A stretch of DNA of 64,000 nt from an uncultured cyanobacterium (GTDB lineage: Bacteria > Cyanobacteriota > Cyanobacteriia > PCC-9006 > JAAUQQ01). Position 1 is the stretch's first letter, and each line of letters opens with the position of its first letter. Position numbers and translations under genes: made by a program. The notes below the pieces were generated by a model. That model was not told where the DNA came from and searched no databases. It was given only the letters and a program-made list of their open reading frames with translations. The stretch covers positions 96,001-160,000 of the forward strand of contig OY970368.1 in assembly GCA_963718615.1 (NCBI GenBank), in the 5' to 3' direction. Positions 27,823 through 36,661 of the stretch are shown here, in pieces.

Positions 27823-30630
27823 CTATTGCTTCAGGCTACCCAGGGGCAGGGTATCAAACTCTGCCTTGAGACGAAAACCCGCCACAATCTCCGAGAATTC
27901 ATTGCGCTCTTGGAGTGAAAAACCCAGGCGCAAGTTGGGCAAAAAGCGAAAATCGTAAAAGAGCTCCAGCACATCCGGCGCGGACTCGGTGCCAAATTGT
28001 CGCCGCAGGCTCTCGTTGGAGAGGGTTCGACCGTAGGCAAGGCCAATGCGATCGTCTGCACTAAAGACATCCTGGAAATTAAATCCTAGGCCAAAGCTAT
28101 CTCCCCCTTCGTTGAGATCCCGATTTTCATAGCGGCCATAGCGGGCAAACAAGCCCATCCGCAGATTGGGAATGTAGTATTCCGCATTGACCCCATAGGC
28201 TTGTTCGCGATCGCCACTCCGCAATCCGGACCCACCATCGGATCGGGGCACCGAAAAAATTTCCTGGAAGCCATCTCTATTGCCCGAATCCTTATCGGTG
28301 ACATAGGAGCCCCGCACAATCGCGTTACCGTAACGCAGGCCAATTTCCCCCGCAAAGCCATCCAGGGCAAATCCACCTAGGTTGCGATCGGAGGAAAACG
28401 CCGCCGCTTTGAGTTCGATATTATCCGTGGCGGTCCAGTTGAGCAGGAGCCCCGGACGGGATCCTAGCCCCGCCGCACTTAGGGCTGGGTTGGTCTGAAA
28501 GGCTTCGTTAAAGAAATGGGTCGCAGAATCCTTGGCAAAACTATTGCGGTCAAAGTAGGACGTCAGGTCCATTTGGCCCACCACAAACCGAAGATTAGGC
28601 AACTGTTCCAGCGACGCAGAGGCATAAAGCTCATTGACGCTAAAACCGGAGGTATTGCCACTGGAAAAGGAATCACCACTGGACACATCCAACGACCCAC
28701 CAAACAGCAAATTTGGCGTGAGTGGATAGACCGTATTCAAACGGGCACGGGCCGAAGTATTACTCCCTTCCGTGAGGAAAACACCCTGTAGACGATACTC
28801 CGGTTTGCCTAGGGCACTGGTCCGCAGCAACTGTCCATCGCGATACTCCGGCAGGCGATCGCCCATCTGCGTCCCTAAGGCTGTGGCGTTGGCCTCAGCG
28901 GGCAGCGGGCCGCCAAGGGCTTCGGAGGTTTCGATGGGGATCGGCGTCGTCGGCGTCGGGAGAATTCCGGGGGGATAAAGGCTGGGGGGAGACGGCAGCA
29001 CTGGCGCTCCTCCAAGGGATCCGCCCCCTAAGGTCCCGTTTAACGCTCCCGTTAATGGCGGTGCGGGCAAGGACAGGGTAGGCAAAGTGGCGAGATTGCC
29101 AGTAGCGAGATTGCCAGTAGCGAGATTGCCGTTGGGAACAGGTGTGGCCGGGTTATTAGCGTAGGGATTGGGATAGGCAGTGGCGTAGGGATTGAGGTAA
29201 GGGTTGGGGTAGGCAGTAGCGTAGGGATTGGGATAAGGGTTGGGATAGGCGGTGGCGTAGGGATTGGCGTAGGGGTTAGGGTACGAACCAGGATAAACAC
29301 CGTAGGCGCTGGGATAGGGCTGAGGGTATCCCGGATAAACCGGATAGGGCATTTGAGCGGCTATCGGATACATCGGCATTCCCTGGGGCATCATTCCCTG
29401 GGGCATTCCCTGAGTCATGCCCATGGGAGCCGGTACAGGCACGAGGTAGATGGGCATACCCATCGGCATTCCCTGGGGCATCATTCCCTGGGGCATCATT
29501 CCTTGGGGCATTCCAGGCGGTAGGGGAGCAGGGTAGGCCAGGTAATAGGTCGGTTGTGGCAGGGGCTGTGGGGCTGGATAGCCGGTCATCATGCCATAGC
29601 CATAGGGCGCAGGGCTGGGATAACCGGGCTGGACATAACCCTGTTGAGGATAACTGGGCATTGCTTGACTGACCTGAGCTGCTGGTGCTTCGTACCCCGG
29701 AAAGGGCATTGCCGGAGTCAGCACAGGCAAGCCATTGGCCTCTCCCGTCAGGGGTTGTAGCGCAACGGGTAGAGGAACAGATGACGAAATCGGCGAAGCG
29801 GAACGTAGTCCTAAGTTTCCCTGTGAATCTCGATTGGCAATCAGCGCTGATCCAGGCCGTGGCGGTGGGGGTAGTGTTGGTGCTGTTAGGGTCGCGGCTA
29901 AATTAGGAGCAGCAGGAGCGGCAACCGGCAATTCTGGCTTAAGTCCAGTTTTGGAACGGGGCAGAACCGAACGATAACGCTGGGCCGGAACCGATACCGC
30001 TGCGATCGCCCCCGCAAATTGACGAACCTCTTGATCAACCGTTGGATCAACCTCTTGAGCAACTTGATCAACCCTTGGACCAACTTCTGAAGCAACCGCT
30101 GGACTAGTTTCTTCTGCGGCAACCGCTGAACTCATCCCTGTTTCCAGTCCCGCTTGGGCCACTTCGACAGTTTCTTGAGACGGTTTGGGAGTGAGCTTAT
30201 CAAGACGATTAGGGGGTTTACTCAAATAATCCGTTGCCGTGGCCGCCGCTAGATTTCCGGCGATCGCCGCCATCCCATCCACCCCCCAGTTTTCTTCCTC
30301 CGCAGGACGCCCACCGACCCAGGCACCTGACTCCCCTTGCCCTGGATCTTCTCGAACAGGCTCCCCTTGCACGCGCGGCAAGGGCTCCGCATGGACCATA
30401 CTGGTTGCGAGCAGAACCGAGAGGGTACCCATGGACCCCATCCGTCGCAGTTGTCGTCTCAGTGGCGATGGGCAGGAAAACCGGGCGAACTGCCCAATGC
30501 TGAAACTCAGCGGGCTGCAACGCAAAATCGGCGAGATCACTGCGAATAAACGGATAAACTGACTAGCCATGCCTCTCACACCAGGGGATAAACGCTCGGA
30601 ACGGTGCTCTCTGCAATCCTGACTCACCAT
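27823..30630 (-). CDS. OprB-like carbohydrate-selective porin with a long low-complexity N-terminal region
   Basis: C-terminal ~330 aa of alternating beta-strands (VVGQMDLTSYFDRNSFA, LELFYDF, GFRLKAEF). Preceded by a Pro/Tyr/Gln/Met/Asn repeat region. Start uncertain. Confidence 0.75.
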   Translation of the reverse strand: MVSQDCREHRSERLSPGVRGMASQFIRLFAVISPILRCSPLSFSIGQFARFSCPSPLRRQLRRMGSMGTLSVLLATSMVHAEPLPRVQGEPVREDPGQGESGAWVGGRPAEEENWGVDGMAAIAGNLAAATATDYLSKPPNRLDKLTPKPSQETVEVAQAGLETGMSSAVAAEETSPAVASEVGPRVDQVAQEVDPTVDQEVRQFAGAIAAVSVPAQRYRSVLPRSKTGLKPELPVAAPAAPNLAATLTAPTLPPPPRPGSALIANRDSQGNLGLRSASPISSSVPLPVALQPLTGEANGLPVLTPAMPFPGYEAPAAQVSQAMPSYPQQGYVQPGYPSPAPYGYGMMTGYPAPQPLPQPTYYLAYPAPLPPGMPQGMMPQGMMPQGMPMGMPIYLVPVPAPMGMTQGMPQGMMPQGMPMYPIAAQMPYPVYPGYPQPYPSAYGVYPGSYPNPYANPYATAYPNPYPNPYATAYPNPYLNPYATAYPNPYANNPATPVPNGNLATGNLATGNLATLPTLSLPAPPLTGALNGTLGGGSLGGAPVLPSPPSLYPPGILPTPTTPIPIETSEALGGPLPAEANATALGTQMGDRLPEYRDGQLLRTSALGKPEYRLQGVFLTEGSNTSARARLNTVYPLTPNLLFGGSLDVSSGDSFSSGNTSGFSVNELYASASLEQLPNLRFVVGQMDLTSYFDRNSFAKDSATHFFNEAFQTNPALSAAGLGSRPGLLLNWTATDNIELKAAAFSSDRNLGGFALDGFAGEIGLRYGNAIVRGSYVTDKDSGNRDGFQEIFSVPRSDGGSGLRSGDREQAYGVNAEYYIPNLRMGLFARYGRYENRDLNEGGDSFGLGFNFQDVFSADDRIGLAYGRTLSNESLRRQFGTESAPDVLELFYDFRFLPNLRLGFSLQERNEFSEIVAGFRLKAEFDTLPLGSLKQ
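29086..29514 (-). repeat. In-frame tandem repeats in the porin gene (GNLAT x3, YPNPYATA-type, MPQGM-type)
   Basis: 15-bp unit AGT(A/G)GCGAGATTGCC x3 at 29086-29130. Repeated GTAGGGATTG and GGCATCATTCCCTGG units. Confidence 0.9.
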
Positions 30631-30861
30631 GACAAGGATCTCAATTGCGACTTTCTAGCAACTGGATCAATACGGAAACGGATGTGTTCATTTAGACAAA
30701 TTATTCCCAGGCTAGAGGATTTAGCCGGAATTGCCAACCCATTGTCTATCAATTATTAGACGGTGAGAAAATAATAAAGATTTTGATGATTTTGGGAACC
30801 TTAAAAGCGAGTCGAGGGCTAATCTATAGCAGCCCACTGGGGCAACCCATAGGCAATACTC

Positions 30862-31611
30862 ATGAAATTTAGAGGGAGTCCAAGAGCTGTGTCCCGTTCT
30901 CTCACCTATGCATTTGCGTTACTCACCCTTGGCTTGGGAGGATTGATGGGCGGTTGTGAAATTCGCCAGGTGCCACTCACAACCTTGTCGCTTGAGGTTA
31001 AGCCCAGCAGTCAAGCCGGAAGCTATCGCCTCTCCGGACGCAGCAATCTGCCCGATGGCACATCACTAACGGTTCAGGGGCTGCGTCAGCTGGGAGCCAC
31101 TAGCGCCCAACAGACACCGGATCAGCCGGAACATTATGCGATTTTGGACCGCAAAGTCGTTGTGGTGAATCAGGGCCAGTGGGAAACAACGCTGCAACTC
31201 TGGCAGGCGGGACCGGCGGGAAACCCTGCGGAAACTTGGCAAATTCGGGTACCTGGGGGCGATCGCAGGTTTCAACCCGACCGCGAGGTCATTTTTACAG
31301 CGAAGACTCCACCCTCCCGCGATGACAAAATCCTGGAGCGTCAGTGGGAGGCCAGTAAGCAAAATCCAGCCGGGGAACAGGTGGAATTTTTGGAAGGTGG
31401 GCAGTGGTCTCTCCAGGTAGAGCAGCGGCTGACGGTAACCCCGCCCCCGGTCAGTCAACAGGACGCAAAGGCAGGCGTGGAGGCGATCGCCCTCCACCGT
31501 CCCCCAGCAACGGAAACCACCGCGACACCACCGGACACCCAGATTTCAGCCCCGCCCCTCGACCCTCCTGTGAGCACAGCGCCCCCCAATCCCGAGGAGC
31601 AATTGCGGTGA
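30862..31611 (+). CDS. Hypothetical lipoprotein divergent from the bcs operon
   Basis: Signal peptide ending LMGGC, beta-rich domain (LSGRSNLPDGT), Pro/Thr-rich tail. Confidence 0.7.
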   Translation: MKFRGSPRAVSRSLTYAFALLTLGLGGLMGGCEIRQVPLTTLSLEVKPSSQAGSYRLSGRSNLPDGTSLTVQGLRQLGATSAQQTPDQPEHYAILDRKVVVVNQGQWETTLQLWQAGPAGNPAETWQIRVPGGDRRFQPDREVIFTAKTPPSRDDKILERQWEASKQNPAGEQVEFLEGGQWSLQVEQRLTVTPPPVSQQDAKAGVEAIALHRPPATETTATPPDTQISAPPLDPPVSTAPPNPEEQLR

Positions 31612-31668
31612 GGACGGAACTGTGGCAGAGACAGAGGGCAGGACTGGGGACCAAAGCCTCTAGCCCCT

Positions 31669-32746
31669 CTAGCGTTGGCGCAACTCCAGCGTGGTCGCTC
31701 GACTGGATTGATTATTGAGCCTCGCCGTCAGCTCGATCCGGTAGCGGGTGTCTCGCTGCAAGATTGTGGGACGGGGCACTTGCAACTCAAAACGGCCATT
31801 GGTATCAGCGGTAACCTCCGTATTGAGCAATTCATCTCCGCCAATTTGAAAAACGCCAAAGACTGAGGTGATCGCCGTTACCCGCGCCTGAACCGTCGCA
31901 TTGGGGCTGGTTTCGCCCACTAGGGTAAAGCCTTCGGTTTGGATGCGATCGCCACTGCGATGACTGGTCACCACGGGCGCGAGCGGTGCTGTTCCTGCGG
32001 TGCTAGAGCCTGGACTAGAACCTGTACCCGTCCCAGGGGTCGTCGTTTGGGGTGCTTCGTTGCTTTGGGATCTGGCGGTAAATCGGGCGGGTTGCTTGGC
32101 TACCCCATAGACAATTTGGCCACCCCGTTGCAGCCGCCCAACAATGACCCCTTCTTCCAAACGGCCTTGGTTATTCACCGGGAGCGTCGCAGTATAAACA
32201 CCAGTGCTAGATTCTTGGGCCTGAATCTCGCGCACCATTCGTCCATCTTCAACCAACAAGACCGAAGCTTGCGCCCCTCGGGTCCCATTTCGTCACCAGC
32301 AGCGTCCCGCCTCGCCCGATCCCCTCAACGGCGTTGTGGGTCACCTGGCTAATCTCCAAGGCGGCCTGGGACTGAACCGTAAACATCCAGCTAACGCTGC
32401 GGCGTTGTCCTTGGGTTGATTGATAATCCACTCGCACCGTATAGGAGCCAGGACTCAAGGGCGACGTTGGGCGATAGCTAAAAAAACTGCGCGTCACCGT
32501 ACTGTTTGTGGTGACGTTTTGGCCATTGAGATAAATCGTGACCGATCCTGGCTGCACCAAGCTACCATCGCTCGTCTCAAAAACCCCGGAAATGGACGTA
32601 TCCGGGGAAACCATTGAGCTGTTCACCCCTGGGGTCACATCAATCACCCGTTGGGCCATAACGCCCGGCGCATTGACCACTATCCCCAGGAGCAATCCAA
32701 GCCCCGCCAAGGTCGATAAAATTCTGTGCTGACGAATGATGTTCAT
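31669..32746 (-). pseudogene. Secreted Ig-like multi-domain protein split by a frameshift near 32288-32290 (pseudogene or sequencing error)
   Basis: ORFs 32249..32746 and 31669..32259 join as ...GGTLLVT / NGTRGAQASVLLVEDGRMVRE... if the frame changes at GTG ACG A AAT GGG. Confidence 0.7.
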
Positions 32747-33203
32747 AATAAGTCTCTAAGATTCCTGCTGCTTCATGCAAACCCAATATTCCCGCATCTG
32801 GAAACTCTCGCTAGAATCGCGAATCTTCAGACCTTTGACAGATAGGGCAGCGGATTCAGCAGCAAGTCCGCAGCAAGTCCGCAGCAAATCGGCACAAAGA
32901 AGCATGGTTTGGGGAACTTTATGCTGCGATCGCCATCGAATAAATCGTCATCGTTTATTTTTCGTGGCCATTGCCATTGGTTTAGCTTGGGTTTTTCCCT
33001 TGGTTTTAGCTTGGGTTTTAGCTTTTGCCTTAGCGTTTGTTTTGCCGTTTATTTTGTTTCGTTTTCAAATCCTTAAAAAATGCCAAATCAAATCGTCCTA
33101 AGCCTTTGAGGGATGAAATTTTCAGACTTTTTATAAAAACTATTACGAGCAGTGGCTTTATCGTCAAGATTCCGTAGTTTTCGGTATGGAATCCATCAAA
33201 TGA

Positions 33204-33317
33204 GATGGGCACCTTGAAATTAACCCACTGCTCCGGTCAACCCAGGACGATGGCAACGGCGTCTCTCTCCGGACGGTAGCCCCCCATCCCCTCCAGCCTG
33301 GACTTCGCCCCAATCCA
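33204..33317 (+). ncRNA. Candidate structured RNA (sRNA or 5' leader)
   Basis: Nested helices GATGGG/CCCATC, ACTGCTCCGG/CCGGACGGT and GGACG..TG-GCAA-CG..CGTCT (GNRA loop). BoxA-like GCACCTTGAAAT at 33209-33220. Confidence 0.45.
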
Positions 33318-33462
33318 GAACCTTCAAAGGATCACCCGTTCATCCGTCCAATGAAGCATCAATCCATCATCCCCTTGGCCCTCAATGTTTTGAGTCAGTT
33401 GTTGGACCGGACTAGTGATTGAATAGCCTTCTTCTCTCCCCACTTGTTCATCGCTTGAGTTC

Positions 33463-33639
33463 ATGGAAAGCCAAAATCAATTCACGCTCAAATTTCCCAT
33501 GTGGCAGTATCTGACTCAGCCACTCTTTCATTCCGAATTTCGCCTACGGCTCAATCCTAGGGCATTCTGGCGGGATTATCAGATTGACTTTCTGGAGCAC
33601 TGTTTCATGATCACCTCGGAGAGTTCGAATCCCAATTAG
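33463..33639 (+). CDS. Small hypothetical protein (58 aa), below the ORF-track cutoff
   Basis: MESQNQFTLKFPMWQYLTQPLFHSEFRLRLNPRAFWRDYQIDFLEHCFMITSESSNPN. The FPxWQYLxQPLF...LNP..FW pattern resembles small cyanobacterial hypotheticals I recall (unverified). Confidence 0.6.
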   Translation: MESQNQFTLKFPMWQYLTQPLFHSEFRLRLNPRAFWRDYQIDFLEHCFMITSESSNPN

Positions 33640-33748
33640 AGGCTAAGCACAGGCATTTGTCGCATCGTTACGTTGCTCGTAGGATCGTCAGGATCAGCAG
33701 AAACGACCCAGGCGTCAAAGACTCGATTTAAGCCTTTGACGCTTCTCC

Positions 33749-34657
33749 CTAGGGGATGGGTACGGATTCTAGTAAACGGGCGATCGCCCCTCGGCCAGAT
33801 TCTCGACCAGTCGTAATGACGCGATGGGCCAAAACCGCAGGGGCAAGCCGCTTGATGTCATCGGGAATGACAAAGGCTCGGCCTTCTAGAAAGGCGATCG
33901 CCTGCACCGCCCGATGTAATGCCACCGTCCCCCGAGGACTCACCCCCAAAGACAACGATTCATCCACCCGCGTCTCCCGCACCAGGGCCAACATATAGCG
34001 TTGTAGCGATTCCTCGACCTTAATTTGTCGACAATGCTGCTGAAGTTGCTGCACCGTTTCCAGCGAAATACAAGCCTGTAAAGCCTCAACCGGCGTTGCC
34101 GTGGACAGCCGTTGCAGCATTTGCAGTTCCTCTGCCTCCGTCGGGTAACCCAAGGACAGGGACAGTAAAAATCGATCCATCTGCGCCTCAGGCAGCGGAA
34201 ACGTCCCCTGATACTCCACCGGATTCTGCGTTGCGATGACAAAGAAGGGCAACGGCACCGGACGAGACAAGCCATCTAGCGTCACCTGTTGCTCTTCCAT
34301 CACCTCCAGAAGCGCTGATTGGGTACGCGGCGTTGCCCGATTGATCTCATCCGCCAACAAGACATTGGCAAAGACAGGACCAGGGCGAAACTCAAACTCT
34401 CCACTCTTCAGATTCCAGATATTGGTGCCCGTCACATCGCTAGGCAAGAGATCCGGTGTACATTGGACCCGCTGAAACTTACCTTCGATCGATCGCGCTA
34501 AAGATTTGGCTAAGAGCGTCTTACCAACGCCCGGTACATCTTCAAGGAGGGCATGGCCCCCCGCCAGTAAGGCAACGAGGACGAAGTCGATCGCCTCCCG
34601 TTTACCCACAATCGTCTGGCTTAAATTTTCGATTAAGAGATCGATCCCTGCCCGCAT
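33749..34657 (-). CDS. MoxR family AAA+ ATPase
   Basis: LLEDVPGVGKT, RVQCTPDLLPSD, LADEINRATPRTQSALLE, ATQNP, YQGTFPLPEAQMDRF. Confidence 0.95.
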   Translation of the reverse strand: MRAGIDLLIENLSQTIVGKREAIDFVLVALLAGGHALLEDVPGVGKTLLAKSLARSIEGKFQRVQCTPDLLPSDVTGTNIWNLKSGEFEFRPGPVFANVLLADEINRATPRTQSALLEVMEEQQVTLDGLSRPVPLPFFVIATQNPVEYQGTFPLPEAQMDRFLLSLSLGYPTEAEELQMLQRLSTATPVEALQACISLETVQQLQQHCRQIKVEESLQRYMLALVRETRVDESLSLGVSPRGTVALHRAVQAIAFLEGRAFVIPDDIKRLAPAVLAHRVITTGRESGRGAIARLLESVPIP

Positions 34658-34706
34658 GGTAATTGCTCTGTGATACTATCCGTAACTGCCTCATGCTCTT
34701 TACCCT

Positions 34707-34804
34707 GGAGTCATAGGTTCCCCGAAAAGCTCCCCTGGCGGGGTGAATGGGCTGGGTACTGAAGGGTCGGTGCTGAAAGGAGCGACCGACCGTGATAGCC
34801 TCAA
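34707..34804 (+). promoter_or_regulatory. Structured pyk 5' leader, possibly a degenerate fluoride (crcB)-riboswitch-like element
   Basis: Hairpin GGTCGGT-GCT-gaaagg-AGC-g-ACCGACC (34765-34791), then TGAT-AGCCT, which can pair with AGGTT at 34715-34719. Confidence 0.3.
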
Positions 34805-34850
34805 TTTTAATTGGACACCGTTTAATTGCCTCCCAAGAGTCGCGCAATTC

Positions 34851-36617
34851 ATGCAGCCTAACTTCCAGCGTCGGACTAAGATCGTTGCAACCATTGGTCC
34901 GGCCACCAGTCAGCCAGACGTTCTCCGCTCTCTGATTGAGGCAGGAGCTACCACCCTTCGCCTCAACTTCTCCCACGGAAGCCACGAAGATCACCAGCGT
35001 AATATTCGCCTCATTCGTCAAATTTCCTTTGAGCTGAATCAGCCGGTTGCCATTTTGCAAGACTTGCAAGGACCCAAGATTCGTCTGGGTCGCTTTGAGG
35101 AGGGTTCGATTACCGTTAAACCGGGCGATCCGTTTGTGTTGACCAGTGAAAAAATATCAGGTACACAAACCCGTAGCTATGTATCCTACGACAAGCTAGC
35201 GGACGAGGTCCCCGAAGGAGCTGTCATCATGCTGGATGATGGCAAGGTAGAAATGGTTGTGGACAAGGTCGACCCTGCCGCCGAAGAGCTTCACTGTCGG
35301 GTTGTAGTTGGCGGAGTTCTGTCCAATAACAAAGGGGTTAATTTTCCGGGGGTCTATTTATCAGTAAAAGCGCTGACGGAAAAGGACCGCACCGATTTGA
35401 TGTTTGGCCTGGATCAAGGCGTAGACTGGGTGGCGCTGAGTTTTGTCCGCAATCCGGAAGATGTCCAGGAAATCAAAGAGCTGATTGCCAGCGCCGGTAA
35501 GGATGTGCCGGTGATCGTCAAAATTGAGAAGCATGAGGCGATCGAAAATATTGAAGCCATTTTGGCGCTGGCGGATGGGGTCATGGTGGCACGCGGTGAT
35601 CTGGGCGTAGAAGTTCCTGCCGAAGATGTGCCCCTGCTGCAAAAGCGTCTCATCTCTTTGGCCAATAGCTTTGGCATGCCGGTGATCACAGCCACCCAAA
35701 TGCTCGATAGCATGGTCAGCAATCCTCGGGCGACCCGCGCTGAAATCTCGGACGTGGCCAACGCCATTTTGGATGGTACCGATGCGGTGATGCTCTCTAA
35801 CGAAACCGCTGTGGGCGCTTTTCCCGTAGAGGCGGTGGCGACGATGGCTCGGATTGCAGCCCGCATTGAGCAGGAGCAAACCATTCCGCAGCCCCCGGAG
35901 GAGCGAGGCCACAAGGAACAGATTCCTAATGCTATTAGTCAGGCCGTTGGGCAAATTGCTCAGCAGCTCAAAGCTTCAGCCATTATGACCCTGACAAAGT
36001 CTGGGGCCACGGCCCGCAATGTGTCTAAGTTTCGACCGACTGCTCCGATTTTGGCGGTTACCCCTCAGGTTGATGTGGCCCGGCGGCTACAGTTGGTTTG
36101 GGGCGTTCGTCCTCTATTGGTCTTGGACTTGCCTTCTACGAGTCAAACCTTCCAAGCGGCAATTTCGGTTGCTCAGGAAAAAAATCTGCTCAAGGGGGGC
36201 GACTTGGTCGTGACCACCGCCGGGACGCTCAAGGGTGTTTCGGGCTCAACGGATTTAATTAAAGTTGAATTGGTCAATGCGGTCCTGGGTCAAGGCGTCG
36301 GCGTCGGTCAAGGCCGTGTGACCGGGATCGCGCGGGTTGCTACCGGTAAAACCTCAGAAAAAAATCTGGTGTTCAATCCGGGGGACATTTTGGTCGCGCC
36401 GCAAACCAATGCGAGTTTGATGGACTGCATTCACCATGCCTCCGGTTTGGTGACCGAAGAGGAAAGCCTGACTAGCCACGGGGCGGTCATTGGTCTTCAA
36501 CTGGGCATTCCGGTGATTGTGGGGGTGAAGGGCGCAACCACGATGATTCGCGAGGGCTCGGTCCTAACTTTAGATATTCCTAAGGGCTTGGTTTATTCCG
36601 GTGCTGTGAATGACTAA
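34851..36617 (+). CDS. pyk: Pyruvate kinase with C-terminal PEP-utilizer swivel domain
   Basis: RRTKIVATIGP, RLNFSHG, DLQGPKIR, MVARGDLGVE, TATQMLDSM, TSHGAVIG. ATG 34851. Confidence 0.97.
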   Translation: MQPNFQRRTKIVATIGPATSQPDVLRSLIEAGATTLRLNFSHGSHEDHQRNIRLIRQISFELNQPVAILQDLQGPKIRLGRFEEGSITVKPGDPFVLTSEKISGTQTRSYVSYDKLADEVPEGAVIMLDDGKVEMVVDKVDPAAEELHCRVVVGGVLSNNKGVNFPGVYLSVKALTEKDRTDLMFGLDQGVDWVALSFVRNPEDVQEIKELIASAGKDVPVIVKIEKHEAIENIEAILALADGVMVARGDLGVEVPAEDVPLLQKRLISLANSFGMPVITATQMLDSMVSNPRATRAEISDVANAILDGTDAVMLSNETAVGAFPVEAVATMARIAARIEQEQTIPQPPEERGHKEQIPNAISQAVGQIAQQLKASAIMTLTKSGATARNVSKFRPTAPILAVTPQVDVARRLQLVWGVRPLLVLDLPSTSQTFQAAISVAQEKNLLKGGDLVVTTAGTLKGVSGSTDLIKVELVNAVLGQGVGVGQGRVTGIARVATGKTSEKNLVFNPGDILVAPQTNASLMDCIHHASGLVTEEESLTSHGAVIGLQLGIPVIVGVKGATTMIREGSVLTLDIPKGLVYSGAVND

Positions 36618-36661
36618 GGTCTAGAATGACTGAGGTCTAAGCTGTGAAACGATGGGCTAGG

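Noticed and set aside
30744-30761. GTCTA-N8-TAGAC palindrome in the bcs promoter gap
   Set aside because: 5-bp arms occur easily by chance, and no matching full second copy was seen.
32775-33101. 108-aa ORF with an apparent TM segment
   Set aside because: The hydrophobic stretch arises from T-rich 12-bp tandem repeats; no RBS or family signal.
33205-33279. Short ORF MGTLKLTHCSGQPRTMATASLSGR as a PatS/PatX-like peptide
   Set aside because: It ends in SLSGR, not the RG(S/T)GR motif; the RNA-structure reading explains the sequence better.
33749-34657. MoxR as part of a novel chaperone system
   Set aside because: No VWA/DUF58 partner is adjacent; stand-alone MoxR genes are common.
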